64,000 nucleotides of DNA from Desulfatiglandales bacterium (GCA_963666345.1 OY762721.1:1184001-1248000), one strand, 5' to 3'. Counted from the stretch's first letter, positions 31,351-39,521 are shown. Notes: generated by a model from the sequence alone, not told the origin. Numbers and translations: made by a program.

Positions 31351-31443
31351 GCTCAGTCCCACTGCTTCGCAGCGGGTTCCCGGTTTCTTTGCTCCGCTTG
31401 CGCTTCGCTCAGTCCCACTGCTTCGCAGCGGGTTCCCGGTTTC
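31351..31443. repeat. Two perfect 37-bp direct repeats inside the cassette
   Basis: GCTCAGTCCCACTGCTTCGCAGCGGGTTCCCGGTTTC at 31351-31387 and 31407-31443, separated by 19 bp. Confidence 0.95.
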
Positions 31444-31491
31444 AAGGGGTCTAGGATTCAAGGATTCCAGTGCTCCATTGAAACGGCGGAT

Positions 31492-31653
31492 ACGCTAAAG
31501 CGTTACAAAGATTTAAAGCTGTTGCAGAAATCCTGCGAATGCTTTTCAGGTATAGAATAAATGAAAAATTCTCAAATAACATGAGGTACACAGAGCTCAA
31601 TAAATCGTTAAAAATACTGATAAAGTCTTAAAAAAAACAAACCCTTGGACCCT
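31492..31653 (+). pseudogene. Internally deleted remnant resembling a four-helix-bundle (23S rRNA IVS/bAvd-like) gene
   Basis: ACG(T)LKRYKDLKLLQKS resembles the family N-terminus (..YKELKVWQKS). LKILIKS then (frameshift) KNKPLDP resembles the C-terminus. Preceded by GGATTCAA-like octamers. Recognised from memory only. Confidence 0.5.
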
Positions 31654-31687
31654 CTTCGCCAACTAAGTTGGAGAAGAACCACCTTTA

Positions 31688-33181
31688 TTAATCTCTGTCT
31701 GCCTTTTCCTTCATATAATCGAGGTGAACGAGGCAGTCTGTCCGCCCTACAAGCTCTTTCAGACTATCCATTCCCAGCTTCCTGAGTATTCTGATGAGTT
31801 CCTTTCGCCAGGCAAGAAAGAGGTTTATTACCCTCTGAGTGCCCCACTCTATGGTCATCAGCTGCATCAGCTCCGGATCAGTCGTGGCTATACCCCTTGC
31901 GCAACCCCTCCCCCTCTCACAGTTATGGCAGCGCACGCACTCAAGGGCTACCAGATCGGCCGTGCCTGTGCAGACTCCGTCCGCACCCAGCGCTATTATC
32001 TTGGCCACGTCGTGGGGGGTCCTGATCCCTCCGCTCGCAATGACGGTGATCCTGTCCCTCACACCTTCTTCCTTCAAAAATCGATGTACCTTGGGAACGG
32101 CATACTCGATCGGCATGGCGATATTTTTCTTTGCGATTTCAGGCGCGGCACCTGTTCCGCCGTAGCTCCCGTCAAGGTGCACGATATGGGCGCCCGCGTA
32201 ATAACTGCCCACCGCGACCATATCCACGTCGGTAGGTGTTGAGACCTTGACCGATACAAGGGCCCGCGGATTTATCGACTTTATCCAGTCTACATGCTTT
32301 TTGTGGTCTTCCACGGAATAGACGCTGTGAAACGGAAAAGGTGAAAACAGGGGATACCCCACAACCGCCTCACGCATCCTGGCGACACCGGGAGTCACCT
32401 TGTCTCCCAGCAGATGACCCCCAAGGCCCGGTTTTGCTCCCTGAGCGTATTTAAACTCCACTATCTTCACCCTCTGGATGGTCTCTTCTCTCACCCCGAA
32501 CAGACCTGTCGCCACCTGGGTAATGACATGGTCGTCATAAGGCTTTAGCTCATCGGGAAAACCTCCCTCACCGGTGCAACAGAAGGTACCGAGTGCCGCA
32601 GCCGCCTTTATCCTGCTCAGCATGGTATTGATGCTTACAGAGCCGTAGGACATGCCGCCGCCGTAAAAAGGGACCCTTATATCCACCTTGTGGGCGTTGT
32701 CCCGCCTCCTGTTAAGAGAAACTGAAAGATCCGGGTCCTCCCCTGGTTCTTCCTTTGAAGAATTCCTGAATAAAAGTCTAAGCTTGTCGAATCCTCCGCC
32801 CGAGCCCCCTGTACGGTATTCTAGGCCCTTTTGAGGGACCTCTCCATTTTCCGCCATGTGCCAGGTGCTTACGAGCAGATCGGGAGTCCACCTGAGGTCT
32901 CCCATCACATCGAAATCAGGGTTTCTCCTTATTGAAAGGGCATCTACCGGGCAGGCCTGATAACAAGGCTCAGCACAGTCATCACCGATGCACAGGTGAT
33001 GATTCTCCACCAGCACACGCCCCCTTCTCACTGCATGCACGCCATAAGGGCATATCTCTACGCATTTGCCGCAGCCGATGCATTCATTGCTGCGGTGCAG
33101 GCGGTATTTGCCTATCGGATTTCTGAAACGGGATCCCGTTTTAACCGGCTGTGGAAGTTCTTTTTCCTTTTTGTTATTCAA
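31688..33181 (-). CDS. Glutamate synthase FMN-binding (synthase) subunit with N-terminal ferredoxin-like domain, catalytic motifs intact
   Basis: CIGCGKCVEICP and C...C..ACP; MSYGS, TGEGG, QVATGLFGV, AQGAKPGLGGHL, GGTGAAP, SGGIR, CVRCHNC..GRGC.RGIAT. Start placed at TTG 33181 (AGGAGG 9 nt upstream, overlapping the previous stop). Confidence 0.88.
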   Translation of the reverse strand: MNNKKEKELPQPVKTGSRFRNPIGKYRLHRSNECIGCGKCVEICPYGVHAVRRGRVLVENHHLCIGDDCAEPCYQACPVDALSIRRNPDFDVMGDLRWTPDLLVSTWHMAENGEVPQKGLEYRTGGSGGGFDKLRLLFRNSSKEEPGEDPDLSVSLNRRRDNAHKVDIRVPFYGGGMSYGSVSINTMLSRIKAAAALGTFCCTGEGGFPDELKPYDDHVITQVATGLFGVREETIQRVKIVEFKYAQGAKPGLGGHLLGDKVTPGVARMREAVVGYPLFSPFPFHSVYSVEDHKKHVDWIKSINPRALVSVKVSTPTDVDMVAVGSYYAGAHIVHLDGSYGGTGAAPEIAKKNIAMPIEYAVPKVHRFLKEEGVRDRITVIASGGIRTPHDVAKIIALGADGVCTGTADLVALECVRCHNCERGRGCARGIATTDPELMQLMTIEWGTQRVINLFLAWRKELIRILRKLGMDSLKELVGRTDCLVHLDYMKEKADRD

Positions 33182-34568
33182 TCTCACATCCCTCCTCGAC
33201 ATGGCACATCTCTTCAAAGGTACTCCTGTCAAGCTCTTCAAAAAACATGGCCCTTCCCGTTTCACCCCTGAGCCTTCTGGCGTCCCTTATGCCCATGGCG
33301 CCCATTACCTCCAGGAGTTGACTGTGCCAGGCACCCATGAGATTTATTACCCTGCCGGCCACCCAGGAAGAATTCGCGGAGGCTATTTCCACTGGGCAGG
33401 GAACCCCCTTTTCGCAGCGCCTGCACATCCTGCATTCAAGCGCAATCAAAAGGGCAAGATCCACATAAACCGCGTCAGCTCCGCAGATTATGCCCTTTGC
33501 CACATGCTCGGCCATAGCGATACCCCCGCTGACAACCAGGCTCGCCCTGTCCCGCACTCCATCCTCAACCAGACGCATATGGACCGAACGCACCGCTTCC
33601 ATAAGATATCTCGATTCATCGTCAACATAGCGGCCCTGGCTGCTTCCTTCCAGATGTATGATCGAAACCCCGCCCCTTGCAAGAGAAAGAGCTGCATCTT
33701 CCACGCCGCTTTTTATCGGTATCCTTACCGATACGAGCAGGCCCCGGCTTAAGGCATCAGTAATGTCGATACTTCTCTTCCATCCTTCACTCCAGGGGAT
33801 CTCTATGACGCGCACGCCTTCAGGTATCGCATCTTTTTCAAATTCGGAATCATATACGGGAATAAGTGTTTCTGCCGATTCCGCGGTATTCCCTTCTATC
33901 AACTCGCCGGGTAAGGCCATCAGCGTCCCGAGTCTCATCGCGGCATCTGACCAGCCCTTCAGGGTCTTGGGGCTTAAATCCCCAAAGGGAGGGACCCTGA
34001 AAAGTATCGGCATCGGCAGGTTCAGTGCTTCAGGGGCCTTTCCTGCCAGGCTTCCGTCTTCCTTGAATGTTATAAAATCCTGGCGGCTTCCCAGATCAAC
34101 CGCAGTGCTTATATATTCCCTGCCGTGGATACCGTCCCTTGTCGGACGGACGATCTCAGACATATCAGTCCACATGGAATCAAATCCCGGTCCTGAAAAG
34201 GCCCCTGCGTACCCGGCGCCTGAGACAGGGATCTTCCCTGTTTCAGCCTGAGACCAGAGTTTGGATATTATGTCCGGCATCCAGTATGAATCCCCCATCG
34301 CCTCATATTCCGGGTTCACTGATTTGTGGATCAACTCCCCGGGGCAGGACTGAACGCATCTCAGGCAGTTCATGCACTGATTATCTATCGATTCGATCAT
34401 CTGATCGGTCCGTAGTCCCCGCCTTTCATATACCCCGTAAACGCACCTGGTCTTGACGCAGACAGGGCACTTGAGACAGCCCTCTTCCCATGCAATTATC
34501 CCGGATCTTGACACAGGCTCATAGCGGTCAGATACGGGACCGGTATGTATCGCGTATTTGGCAGGCAT
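33174..34568 (-). CDS. Degenerate glutamate-synthase FMN-domain paralogue with N-terminal Fe-S domain
   Basis: CLKCPVC....C and CMNCLRCVQSCP; GFDSMWTDMSEIVRPTRDGIHGRE; C-terminal SGGI..AEHVAK.IICGAD and CRMCRRC.....CP. Lacks MSYG, TGEGG and QGAKPG. Confidence 0.8.
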   Translation of the reverse strand: MPAKYAIHTGPVSDRYEPVSRSGIIAWEEGCLKCPVCVKTRCVYGVYERRGLRTDQMIESIDNQCMNCLRCVQSCPGELIHKSVNPEYEAMGDSYWMPDIISKLWSQAETGKIPVSGAGYAGAFSGPGFDSMWTDMSEIVRPTRDGIHGREYISTAVDLGSRQDFITFKEDGSLAGKAPEALNLPMPILFRVPPFGDLSPKTLKGWSDAAMRLGTLMALPGELIEGNTAESAETLIPVYDSEFEKDAIPEGVRVIEIPWSEGWKRSIDITDALSRGLLVSVRIPIKSGVEDAALSLARGGVSIIHLEGSSQGRYVDDESRYLMEAVRSVHMRLVEDGVRDRASLVVSGGIAMAEHVAKGIICGADAVYVDLALLIALECRMCRRCEKGVPCPVEIASANSSWVAGRVINLMGAWHSQLLEVMGAMGIRDARRLRGETGRAMFFEELDRSTFEEMCHVEEGCEIE

Positions 34569-34577
34569 CCTTATCCC

Positions 34578-35510
34578 CTAATCCTTTCCACAAGCAGGCC
34601 TCGGCAGAAGACCGGCCCTTTCCACGATCTGTCCCACGATATCTTCCCATTCGATTGCCATTATATGGACGCCCCGCACCCCCTCAAGCTCCTTCAGTCT
34701 TTCTATGGTCTCCACACAGATCTTGAGGCCCTCTTCCTTCTGCCTGTCTTTGGGCACACCGTCCATCCGTCTTATTATCTTATCCGGGATATCCATGCCG
34801 GCCACCCTGTTTTTCATATATCTTGCCATGCCGGCCGACTTAAGTGGAGTAACCCCGCCCAGGATGGCGACCTTTTCGGTCAGACCCCTGTCTTTTGCCA
34901 TTTCAAACCATCTTTCAAAGCGCTCAAGGTTATATATGCACTGGGTCTGGATAAAATCAGCTCCTGCGGCAATCTTTTTTGCAAGCCTTACGATCCTGAA
35001 CTCCGGCGGATCCGCAAAGGGATTGGCGGCGGCCCCTATGAAGGCCTTAACCGGCTCGCTTAAAGACTCGCCCCCCAGGATGACGCCCTTATCCCTCATA
35101 TCCCTGATCACCTGAATAAACTGGGTGGAATCGATATCAAACACACCCAGGGCCTGCCCCTGGTTTCCGAAGCTCTGGTGGTCTCCTGAAAGACAGAGTA
35201 TGTTATTGATCCCCAGGGCGGAGGCACCCAGGACATCCGACTGAAGCGCGATACGGTTCCTGTCCCGCATTACCATCTGAAGCACCGGATCAAGCCCTGC
35301 CTCTTTAAGTAACACGCATGCGGCAAGACTCGACATCCTTACTATGGCGGTCTGGTTGTCCGTGACGTTTACCGCGTCAATCGATCCCCTTAGCATGTCT
35401 GCCTTTTTGAGGACAACCCCCGGATCACTACCTTTGGGAGGCCCGCATTCGGCCGTAACCGCGAAAGCCCCCTTTTCCAGAACTCTTTTAAGCATCCCTG
35501 TATTATTCAC
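34578..35510 (-). CDS. metF: Methylenetetrahydrofolate reductase catalytic subunit
   Basis: TAECGPPKG, NVTDN, RDRNRIALQ, LSGDH, GADFIQTQ, GVHIM. Confidence 0.92.
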   Translation of the reverse strand: MNNTGMLKRVLEKGAFAVTAECGPPKGSDPGVVLKKADMLRGSIDAVNVTDNQTAIVRMSSLAACVLLKEAGLDPVLQMVMRDRNRIALQSDVLGASALGINNILCLSGDHQSFGNQGQALGVFDIDSTQFIQVIRDMRDKGVILGGESLSEPVKAFIGAAANPFADPPEFRIVRLAKKIAAGADFIQTQCIYNLERFERWFEMAKDRGLTEKVAILGGVTPLKSAGMARYMKNRVAGMDIPDKIIRRMDGVPKDRQKEEGLKICVETIERLKELEGVRGVHIMAIEWEDIVGQIVERAGLLPRPACGKD

Positions 35511-36175
35511 TTTTGTTGATCCTCCCTCACGATCTTTCTCGGGCCGCCCCCCTGTTTCTTAGACCAGTCCTTTGGAGGATAGATCTTCTCCAGTCTTTCA
35601 AGGGCATCAAATTTCGCCAGTCTGTCTATTATGAGCTGCCACGCACATGGTATATCAGGGTTTACCTCGCATTTCCCGTCGACCGAACCACCGCACGGCC
35701 CGTTGAGCAGGTGTTTTGAGCACCGGGCAAGAGGGCATATTCCGCCGAAATCAAAAAGCATGCAGTCTCCGCATCCGAGGCAGTTTTCGACCCAGAGGCC
35801 CCGTTCCTTTGTCTCGCCGATGAACTCCGTATTAAGGGCCGGGATAACCGGCATATCATCGTACATCTCAGCCACGGCCTGAACCCCGGCCCCGCAGGCA
35901 AGGGAGAGAATCGCGTCATATTCCTCAATAACCCTGTCCAGCTGAAGCACGAACTCATTCACGCACTGCCTTTCCAGGGTCATCTCCTTGATCATGCGTT
36001 CCTCGCCGTTCATCTTGTCTGCCATTCGAAGGACCGAGGCCAGCATGGCGGTCTCCTTTTCACCCCCTGCCGCACATTCCGCCACGCAGGAAGCACACCC
36101 CAAGGCCAGTACCCTCTTATAAGGGGCCATCATGGCCCTGATCTCTTCAATAGGCTTCTGTTCTGCAGTTATCAT
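35507..36175 (-). CDS. metV: MetV (Cys-rich Fe-S/Zn subunit of MTHFR)
   Basis: CASCVAEC, RQC, ACGAG, CLGCGDC, CPLARCSK..LNGPCGGS..GKCEV....CAW; GTGA overlap with metF. Confidence 0.9.
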   Translation of the reverse strand: MITAEQKPIEEIRAMMAPYKRVLALGCASCVAECAAGGEKETAMLASVLRMADKMNGEERMIKEMTLERQCVNEFVLQLDRVIEEYDAILSLACGAGVQAVAEMYDDMPVIPALNTEFIGETKERGLWVENCLGCGDCMLFDFGGICPLARCSKHLLNGPCGGSVDGKCEVNPDIPCAWQLIIDRLAKFDALERLEKIYPPKDWSKKQGGGPRKIVREDQQK

Positions 36176-36211
36176 CTCTTCTGTCTCCTCTCGAAATATA
36201 ACCTTTTGGAA

Positions 36212-36646
36212 TTACCCGCGATCTTCCCCTCTCCGGTTAAAGACGGGAGATACGCCAAGCCTTGAAGCGGTCTCCATAAGCTCATGCAAATGCTCTGAAA
36301 GGGTTTTTGTCTTTTCTTTATTTCCAATGATTATCCCGATCCTCTCCGATTCAAGACCTATACCTGCGATGACGGCCTTTGTCCTTTCCACTCTCTTTAC
36401 GGCGCGTCTGTTCCCCTCGAAATAGCGGCACGCCCCTTCCGGACAGGTGATAACATAAGCCGCGTCCGCGAACTCTTCCAATGCCCTCAAAAGATGAACA
36501 GGCTCAAGCCTGCCGCTGCAGGCAAGAGGAAAAAGCCGGACATGAGTCCCATATTCTTTCTCAAGGGCCTGTCTTTCCTCTTCGCTGCTGCCTGGGACAT
36601 TTCTGCAATAAAAGAGGGCCACCCTGGCCTTCGGTGATTCCTTCAT
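36212..36646 (-). CDS. mvhD: MvhD/FlpD-type [2Fe-2S] hydrogenase iron-sulfur subunit
   Basis: FYC, CSGR, C..G.C.Y..GN..A..RV, GL..ERI motifs. Confidence 0.88.
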   Translation of the reverse strand: MKESPKARVALFYCRNVPGSSEEERQALEKEYGTHVRLFPLACSGRLEPVHLLRALEEFADAAYVITCPEGACRYFEGNRRAVKRVERTKAVIAGIGLESERIGIIIGNKEKTKTLSEHLHELMETASRLGVSPVFNRRGEDRG

Positions 36647-36769
36647 CTTGATGATAATCCTTTCGCCCTGGGAGTTGACCTTTCATGGAAGACAGGGAGA
36701 CCCTGCAATCCGGGCACACCGGTCAGGTTGAAACTTCCGGAGGTATTTCATTCAGGGGAATGATACGGA

Positions 36770-38074
36770 TCAGAACACGTATATTTGATGGCTGTCAGGA
36801 TTCTTTCCAAAGCAGGTGATATCATCCACCTTATTCAGTACGGGACCCTTGGTCAGGGCATAAAGTGTACGCTCCACCCCGATGCCTCCTCCAAAGGTCT
36901 CAGGGAAAGTAGGCATGCCCTGTTTGTCCTTTTTGGCGGTCATAAGCAGAAACGGCCCGTACCCGCCCAGTTCATCGATATTTCTGATATTGCCTTCATA
37001 TATTACGGGCCTGGAGGGAATAATATTGTTATCCAGCAAACGCTCAACAATCGCCTCATGGATCCATTCCCTCACCGCGCCTGAAAGAATCTCAATCGCG
37101 GGGGTCTGCTCCCCGGTATCCCGCATTATACTCTTGGCGCATATGTCATAGTTATAGATCATGTCAGAGGTAAGCTCAGACAGAGACACCTTTCCTTCAG
37201 GCCTCAGATAGGGGTAAACCAGGTCGTAGTTTTCCCTCAGCAGTCCGGTGATCCAGAAAAACTGATCCGCCAAATCCTCCCCGAGCCTTGTCTCATATCG
37301 TCTTCCATACTTCCTTTTTGCTTCATCAGCCCTGAATCTGGGAAACGGCCGGCTGGGGACCTCAAGGGCCACCCCAAGTGTTTTCAGATCCTCCTCGTTT
37401 TTCTCTACAAGCCGGGTAACGCTGTGGATGATGAGCCGCTCGAACAGATCCATCGCCCTTTCCATATCCTCGGCCAGGATCTTTTTGACCCTCTCCGGTT
37501 CCTTCAGATACATCTCGAGATCGATTCCCCTGTTTCTCCTCACCTCAAGGTCCATCTGGCTGAAATCTATAAGGTACCTGCCGCGCTGAGCCCGATCAGG
37601 GCTTTCCATTTCAAGCCTGATATTGGGGGAATCCACGAATATTCCCTTGATCCTCGGATTGTGACAGGCAAGAAATTTGGAATATATCATGCTGTGGGTC
37701 ATAACGTAGAGCTGCCCCTTGTAATGGATGCTCGGGACATATTCCACGTCATGGGCTAGAGGGTCCGTTATCTCACTTATCTGAACCCTCTCCATATTGA
37801 AGAGCCCTTCATCCGCAAGGAACTGGTGCATGGCATTTACAAAAGTGGTCCTTAGCGATAAGGCCGCGTAAAGGACATCACCCGTCCACTTGTTGTAGTA
37901 ATACTTGTCCAGATATTCCTCCAGGCTTGAACCTGCCTCTGTAAGGGCGGCCTGAAAACCGAACAGGCTCTGACCTATGGCGGTCATGGTCTCATCTTTC
38001 ATAATTGCCGAAATCTCCTCTGATAAGTTCACGCAACCGGCGCCAGCCGATGGCCCGGAAGCAATCATTCCCAT
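36770..38074 (-). CDS. Class II aaRS catalytic-core paralogue lacking the anticodon domain, resembling archaeal-type asparagine synthetase A (AS-AR/AsnRS2)
   Basis: SEITDPL, THSM..K, SPNIRLE, R...DFSQMDLE, NYD, E..SG..REW, GGGIGVER parallel the Pyrococcus AS-AR motifs; no N-terminal OB fold. Confidence 0.7.
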   Translation of the reverse strand: MGMIASGPSAGAGCVNLSEEISAIMKDETMTAIGQSLFGFQAALTEAGSSLEEYLDKYYYNKWTGDVLYAALSLRTTFVNAMHQFLADEGLFNMERVQISEITDPLAHDVEYVPSIHYKGQLYVMTHSMIYSKFLACHNPRIKGIFVDSPNIRLEMESPDRAQRGRYLIDFSQMDLEVRRNRGIDLEMYLKEPERVKKILAEDMERAMDLFERLIIHSVTRLVEKNEEDLKTLGVALEVPSRPFPRFRADEAKRKYGRRYETRLGEDLADQFFWITGLLRENYDLVYPYLRPEGKVSLSELTSDMIYNYDICAKSIMRDTGEQTPAIEILSGAVREWIHEAIVERLLDNNIIPSRPVIYEGNIRNIDELGGYGPFLLMTAKKDKQGMPTFPETFGGGIGVERTLYALTKGPVLNKVDDITCFGKNPDSHQIYVF

Positions 38075-38106
38075 CCGTCCGGAAATCAGATATTTCCGAA
38101 CGGATG
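38072..38106. other. 15-bp stem-loop in the glnA/asnA-like spacer
   Basis: CATCCGTCCGGAAAT-CAGAT-ATTTCCGAACGGATG (14/15 Watson-Crick pairs, 15/15 with G-U on the minus-strand mRNA). Confidence 0.8.
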
Positions 38107-38110
38107 TCTG

Positions 38111-39439
38111 TTAAAGTTTTCCCAGATATCTATCAAGTTCAAACTGACTCACATGAGTCCTGTAATCATCCCATTCTATCTTCTTGTTTTCTATGAACTT
38201 ATTGAACACATGCTCTCCAAGCACCTTTTTTACCAGCTCGCTCTTTTCCGTCTCAATGATGGATGCGTAAAGATTTCCCGGAAGATCCGAGATCCCGTGG
38301 GCCTTTCTTTCGGCAGGGTTCATCTCGAAGATATCCTCTTCAATAGGCTCCGGAAGTTCATATCCCTTTTCTATTCCTTCAAGACCCGCCCCCAGCATCA
38401 ACGCAAAGGCCAGGTATGGGTTACACGCCGGATCAGGCGACCTGAATTCCATCCTTGTGGCCGTCTCTTTGCCCGGCTTGTACATGGGCACCCTTATCAT
38501 CGCGGACCTGTTTCTCCTTGCCCACGACACGTATACAGGTGCCTCGTAACCCGGCACAAGCCTTTTGTATGAGTTTACCCACTGGTTGGTGATGGAAGTA
38601 ATTTCCGGGGCATGCCTTAACAGGCCTGCGATATAGCATTTTGCCATCTCAGACAGATTATATTTGTCATCCGGGTCATAAAAGGCATTCCTGCCTCCCT
38701 TGAAAAGCGATTGATGCACATGCATCCCGCTCCCGTTTTCTCCGAATACAGGTTTTGGCATGAAAGTGGCGTACATACCCTGGTGCATTGCCGCCTCCTT
38801 GACCACCATCCTGTAAGTCATTGTGGTATCCGCCATTCTGAGCGCCTCGTCATATCTGAGGTCGATCTCATGCTGACTGGGTGCCACCTCATGATGGCTG
38901 TATTCAACCTGAATTCCCATAGATTGCAGGGAAAAGATGATCTCTCGCCTTAAGTCACTGCCCAGATCAAGAGGCCGGGCGTCAAAATACCCCCCCTTGT
39001 CGGTCATTTCAGTGGAATGATCATCTTTAAAACAGAAAAATTCAAGTTCAGGCCCTGTATAAAATGTATAGCCGTCTGCGGAGACCTTCTTGAGAAGCCT
39101 TTTCAGTACATATCTCGGGTCCCCCTCGTAGTGAGTCCCGTCAGGGTTCAATATATCGCAGAACATTCTTGCCACGGGTCTTTCATCACTCCTCCAGGGC
39201 AGAAGCTGGAAGGTTTCAGGATCCGGCTTCGCTATCATGTCACTTTCCTCAATCCTGGCGAAACCCTCGATGGAGGAACCGTCAAAACCCATCCCCTCGG
39301 TAAGCCCCTCTTCCAGTTCAGAGGGAGTAACAGCGAAGCTTTTAAGAAAACCGAGCACGTCGGTAAACCAGAACTGGATGAAACTGACATCCCGTTCCTT
39401 TACTTCTTTCATTACATCTTCCCTACTTTTGCAGTTCAT
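38111..39439 (-). CDS. glnA: Glutamine synthetase type I-alpha
   Basis: FDGSSIEG..RIEESDM, HHEVAPSQHEI, ATFMPKP..G.NGSGMH, NSYKRLVPGYEAP, NRSA.IRVP, EFRSPDP.CNPY; 442 aa. Confidence 0.95.
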   Translation of the reverse strand: MNCKSREDVMKEVKERDVSFIQFWFTDVLGFLKSFAVTPSELEEGLTEGMGFDGSSIEGFARIEESDMIAKPDPETFQLLPWRSDERPVARMFCDILNPDGTHYEGDPRYVLKRLLKKVSADGYTFYTGPELEFFCFKDDHSTEMTDKGGYFDARPLDLGSDLRREIIFSLQSMGIQVEYSHHEVAPSQHEIDLRYDEALRMADTTMTYRMVVKEAAMHQGMYATFMPKPVFGENGSGMHVHQSLFKGGRNAFYDPDDKYNLSEMAKCYIAGLLRHAPEITSITNQWVNSYKRLVPGYEAPVYVSWARRNRSAMIRVPMYKPGKETATRMEFRSPDPACNPYLAFALMLGAGLEGIEKGYELPEPIEEDIFEMNPAERKAHGISDLPGNLYASIIETEKSELVKKVLGEHVFNKFIENKKIEWDDYRTHVSQFELDRYLGKL

Positions 39440-39504
39440 GATTTCATCTCCTTAAACCTGTTATGGTATAATGCCTCTATCGGCCATATCTGTCTCACTA
39501 ACAA

Positions 39505-39521
39505 AGCAATCATTATGCCAA
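39505..39521 (-). promoter_or_regulatory. Sigma54 promoter for the glnA operon
   Basis: Minus strand TTGGCATAATGATTGCT (TGGCA-N6-TTGC), about 65 bp upstream of glnA. Confidence 0.8.

Larger units (their letters stand above)
31248..31680. mobile_element. 433-bp non-autonomous insertion cassette with 22-bp TIRs and 8-bp target-site duplication
   Basis: Left GGTTCTTCTCCCGATTAGTTGG versus reverse complement of right GGTTCTTCTCCAACTTAGTTGG (19/22). Flanks ACCTGTAT (31240-47) and ACCTTTAT (31681-88), 7/8 identical. Confidence 0.85.

Noticed and set aside
31351..31443. 37-bp perfect direct repeats as a mini CRISPR array
   Set aside because: Only two units with a 19-bp spacer, no cas genes or leader. 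They lie inside a TIR cassette and a variant occurs at about 25755-25797, so they are REP-like.
36212..36646. Selenocysteine recoding in MvhD
   Set aside because: The ORF is open with ordinary Cys codons and has no in-frame TGA.
36647..36769. Riboswitch or remnant of a lost gltD/hdrA gene before mvhD
   Set aside because: No recognisable aptamer or protein motif in any minus-strand frame.
38111..39439. glnA as gamma-glutamylmethylamide synthetase (GmaS) of an N-methylglutamate pathway
   Set aside because: It retains canonical GSI-alpha ammonium-site motifs (ESD, GYEAP) and no mgdABCD-like genes are present. Kept only as a minor alternative.
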